Assembly (NCBI GenBank): GCA_030431255.1 | Contig: JAUIJL010000030.1 | Location: 23,572 to 87,571 of the forward strand | Origin: Thermoanaerobaculia bacterium | GTDB lineage: Bacteria; Acidobacteriota; Thermoanaerobaculia; Multivoradales; J023 | Length of the DNA: 64,000 nt | Direction of reading: 5' to 3' | Made by a program: the position numbers and the translations under genes | Shown: one piece after another, positions 62,301-64,000 of the stretch | How positions within the stretch are numbered: the stretch's first letter is position 1 | Layout of the letters: the number at the start of each line of letters is the position of its first letter | Notes under the pieces: model-generated | Told to the model about the DNA's origin: nothing | What the model saw: the letters and a program-made list of their open reading frames with translations, nothing else | Databases searched by the model: none

Positions 62301-64000
62301 CTTGGCCGCCACCCCATCCATGGAGCTTATCTGCTGTCCACCGAGACAGGCCTATGCAGATCAGAGAATCTTGAGCCAGGCATCTCTGAGCAAGCGAGTC
62401 GCAGCCAAAAAAAATCACCTCGGTGTATTGGAATCGACCATTCGTTATTGGTTGAGCGGAATCGATCGGATGCCACCGGGGCTCATGGCGGCAGTGTCGA
62501 GCCTCTCGACTGCCATTCAGAATCGAGGAAATCGCCGTAGTCCCCTTCGACGCCATCTTTATGACCGGAGCAGTCGATCCAGTCTCCATATTCCGCCCAA
62601 GCATCCTACTCCTTCGACGCTCAGCGCCGAGGATTGGCGGAATTTGGTCCTTCGAGGAGTCTTTAACCTTGACGCAAGAGCTCCTAAGTCTCCAGAAGTA
62701 GCTGGAGAGCACAGGCCTTCAGCACGTCAGACCTGGGGCCTACCTTTTGAGCGCGCACTTAGGTCTTGGCTCGGTGTTGCGACTGGCAAGGACAATCTAT
62801 GGGACGAGCTTTGCAGTCAGGAATCCGCACCACTGGACGAGCTCGTTGAAAAGCTCGTGTCGAATCAAGCTGCCGCGGAGCTCCCAGCACATTCTACTCT
62901 GTCCGAGCTCCAAGATCTGGCCGACGGAAGGGTCCAGAATCTCATTCAACTCGGTTCGATCAGTGACCCTTTGGAGATGCTCAGCACCTATTTAGTGCTC
63001 ACCTGCGCCGCTGCCAGAATCCTCGAAAAGGGCGGATTCTACGAAGATGCAGCGCGTAAGAAGCTCCGAATCTTGGAGACCGTCGTCCAGTATTTGAGCT
63101 GGGCTCGCATAGTTTGCAGCCTCAAGACCCGGATCGAGCAAAAATCCGACCCGGATCGGCCGAGATCCGATCAGACTTCTGCTCACGAGCTGGAGAATTG
63201 GAAGAGCATTCTCAAGGGCCAGTGCCCAGAGACCAGTGAGCAGGTCATCAACGAGCTCTTCGACCTCGGATGGTTACTGCTACAAGACGCGCAGACTCTG
63301 TACCAACGTAGCCGCAGCGAATGGAATACCAAGGATAACAACGAGGTTGGCACGCGCCTTCCCACTCAGATGTTCATCTTAGGCTGTTCCCTAGGGCTCG
63401 CTTGGATCGGTCTGAAGGAAGATCCTGCGATCGAAGATGCCCAAGGCGAGCAAACTCTTCTCGGTGCCCTAGAGCAGAGGATCTACAACTGGGTTCAGAA
63501 CGAATCGACACCTTGCAAGGGGGCCGACGTTGATGAGCACCGGAGCTGGCTGAGAACCCAGATCATCGAAATTCTCGAGCGCAATGCCTATCCATTGATA
63601 GGTCGCCTAAGCGGCTTGAAGGCCCTGGTCGACGACGCGGTCCTGAATCCTCCTACCGAAAGAAACGGCCAGCCGGAAGAGCGCGTCAGAGAACAGCGCC
63701 TTGGAGAGCTATGGGAATCTTGCCAACACCTGTCCGAGCTGCTCCAACTCGAAGACCTCTACGACGGCAAATGGCATTTTACGCCCTTCCAAATCGGTTC
63801 GACCCTTGCCCTATTCACTCTGCAACCGGATGGAATCCTCAAAGAAATCGACGATTTGATAAAGCGCCAGAAAGACTTCGACTTCAACAAAGGCCGACGT
63901 CACGACCGCATGTTGCCCCGAATTCGCGACCTGCGGGAGATGGCCCGTCGACACTTGATCGAGGGTCATGAGATGTACACCATGCGCCGGGCTTATTACC
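56353..64000 (+). CDS. Giant multi-pass membrane P-loop NTPase (KAP-like) with a TPR-like helical C-terminus; 3'-partial (>2549 aa)
   Basis: Hand-translated from ATG 56353 (after GGAGGG) with no stop codon before the window edge. Walker A GHRGSGKTT (56578-56604), Walker B IIFKFDELDK (60115-60144), sensor-like RFIFVGG, about 14 hydrophobic helices, and TPR-like 'ALGELHEFDGEYDVARYYYNRAL' and 'QIGMSYEQSNDLEQAQGHY'. Confidence 0.88.
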   Translation, partial: MASKDPSSNPKTPTDQGAVRDRFSHRTYVADFGSYEGNRRTEEPDNELLVGREAQRARLLNLLFNTAQRGAYLITGHRGSGKTTFVNYCLNEYRFEIFYRYLKSNLGRAFLWDRFGLVIFGVLLFLFGMLVHQSLAYLFLLPSRGILHWLAITILTLIACYPFVAAYERLKLISERLLELATLRAPKLEEDRRHARKLRKRQLEAESQTYLEDQAFTAFMEVSRNLADTLPRLSKGPTHYRSISIAKEMLDHLASSRAIDKADILVRTLTEAEMTVRGWLKAEVPGQHLRELLVKGFLKDLSQANKEAKTEKQMLDQLEKQVNSFLEYPNSKNAGELSSTLARLDEPNQMSTLIKAKSLAKKKAAREVLFQDLKSLYIQAKIYFKNFFQASAAVGRPSPVPFLTLFVIAGLSWTLVRAGHPAEFAAELVYCAGWLYFLVALAHPTFPRAQELHILGLLTIIGLDLLITNNYLEAHFPHTTEGFFVSGMFSGSLGLLLSAHHKHEAVQNWFRRRRRPDFHGQVPGNFIRQSYLNKIWPPFSNKGSEPPMSRASLMALYLLFLSLLFWLGALVVAILNRFLTNKLEPWKSPALSLTLLMLALLPVLLDLACLCLPTARYLSEEKRRKTELTQTAEAAIAAGRWYAWSGILLLSGTGIFVFLANLLFARQLGLLPLAAIKALILIVSCHTIYLVLRCFRGLGYLFGISDEKEEADGSKSTWRTQSRFRTRADAKNSRQELLQAAISGQHAQPLLLILAKSVFLVQVGLILVYPALASLQNPGPAKIFVVASKPYSVAGPGQRSCVGTSLCRTLQDRFGIDHRTTQGFEETASLYRRAENSTIDLFADLRKSKNQNIGKPQGFLGSIEWVLALLFLTLAIAYLEYEWILRGGQHVRPDRTLRHQTSEVRRAAGVAKDEAGDVSRAYQRRLLEQTLFWRVHQSWLPILTVPVNLGFDSLDHRRVVEAMLTGLRDAYHKLFFQWSSPTRLVATGGGLLMLSWISLSLGNHWFHVDESHQDRLAAGDFCRWIMPNDPSSAEVSAKIPTSTDSPLYLDFHTVKGTGNTPTEPSERQPSDPPEIDFAPGMQIACLGGEITARMVQWPLFLQVQPSTDGKISKVDFEKHYSGTVFGLFFPEVLAGGEMTLRLYHFLIFLALVGVSSWIGKRRPPLPYRRTLNEIELLLSQISSHQREELRYHPAIIPRLVGVFTGEDKVKHWESEPFDPRTIEISVLRILRDIQDPTVHFPYLARHRINLPTPEIIFKFDELDKLGIGVLPHHETTGPEVGETEQFDLERQRTRALHSLFADMKNLVSSGAARFIFVGGRNLHDEWLADQTARRPLLTNIFEVEIYLPSLLLAEGPVDSNAKNLTDGITTFVEAQYQHAIKRNRRALLHRYRPWLTPWLETPAEPIFVQVARKRLSDARLPTLIVRGVPLLEGRPPIGSDEKDQPRQWGNRDLPRWKNALINDFMEFLAYRSRGNVKRLKATLERFVEPSLKVLGDDLPVDCQHVLVFRDTDRFRIQLIAEIYRRILSAFDPRIRFYDDKLVVGLLYIADFLLKFHRRAFAWNSLQKVDELVHIHRAPELPNAISDLLHAWQQKYLHRIRNGMYDYRFNSDFAMELRYLSRRSDEELAALNFTLDESQALKALYRSRFSQLKDPSSYEFVAALGELHEFDGEYDVARYYYNRALSYLDEHFHMQVARKKDKPAFFSVMLQDQKGLEAVRRRIAWGIARLRLKMQIGMSYEQSNDLEQAQGHYRNARTLASAIMRALLNAKVVWDPAGLKELEFPRAPDYGAPDYVSTLKHLNLLFQPAFAEAWVSEKHTGGVDTSTRLIERSIWELRWRLPFVREEFDPKNVLRLFHNWVPAHDVLHLNFALIMAEQHNKVGDLLFFKGGVSFDHLSNLPPTHRTGSSHRAPIRHSGYLIRSRYHYALTLHELRFFNRARQLRWAENHGGSTPPEKNPVSPDEWGDFVFRATGGSIADFAETFLAATPSMELICCPPRQAYADQRILSQASLSKRVAAKKNHLGVLESTIRYWLSGIDRMPPGLMAAVSSLSTAIQNRGNRRSPLRRHLYDRSSRSSLHIPPKHPTPSTLSAEDWRNLVLRGVFNLDARAPKSPEVAGEHRPSARQTWGLPFERALRSWLGVATGKDNLWDELCSQESAPLDELVEKLVSNQAAAELPAHSTLSELQDLADGRVQNLIQLGSISDPLEMLSTYLVLTCAAARILEKGGFYEDAARKKLRILETVVQYLSWARIVCSLKTRIEQKSDPDRPRSDQTSAHELENWKSILKGQCPETSEQVINELFDLGWLLLQDAQTLYQRSRSEWNTKDNNEVGTRLPTQMFILGCSLGLAWIGLKEDPAIEDAQGEQTLLGALEQRIYNWVQNESTPCKGADVDEHRSWLRTQIIEILERNAYPLIGRLSGLKALVDDAVLNPPTERNGQPEERVREQRLGELWESCQHLSELLQLEDLYDGKWHFTPFQIGSTLALFTLQPDGILKEIDDLIKRQKDFDFNKGRRHDRMLPRIRDLREMARRHLIEGHEMYTMRRAYY

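Noticed and set aside
56494-63971. About 25 short ORFs listed in the track across the last 7.5 kb, suggesting a non-coding or decayed region
   Set aside because: All overlap the single open frame starting at 56353. They are off-frame or antisense shadows, not a pseudogene field.

Overview
GC-rich bacterial chromosomal window. Several features point to an acidobacterium, possibly Thermoanaerobaculia-like (inference): an orphan duplicated MacB/FtsX permease, C-terminal 'LFxxGFExGxTxxWxSTVP' tails, and a 'FWFFxxxNxExxVKVLDGC' domain. The window holds a kdsB-pyrG-kdsA-kdsD-kdsC-lpxL envelope operon ending in a coupled cupin gene, many secreted hydrolases (endonuclease I-LTD, M36, M14, beta-helix, Spondin), signalling genes (Ser/Thr kinase, FHA-bEBP, NtrC-type regulator, ECF sigma/anti-sigma), an orphan C5 DNA methyltransferase and a CatA-like acetyltransferase. 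The main item missing from the ORF track is one uninterrupted reading frame from 56353 off the right edge (>2549 aa). It is a KAP-like P-loop NTPase whose Walker A and Walker B are about 1,180 aa apart, separated by roughly 14 hydrophobic helices in partly low-GC DNA, and followed by TPR-like helices; it is a candidate membrane-embedded defence or sensor protein. Non-coding highlights are a nested REP>MITE>palindrome element with a target-site duplication (34088-34426), a near-copy of the Streptomyces tipA promoter/operator with a possible internal TipAS start, a PHO-box-like array before a PAP2+GT4 pair, and a sigma54 promoter. No rRNA, tRNA, CRISPR array, integrase or transposase was recognised. 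All calls were made by eye, without database searches.
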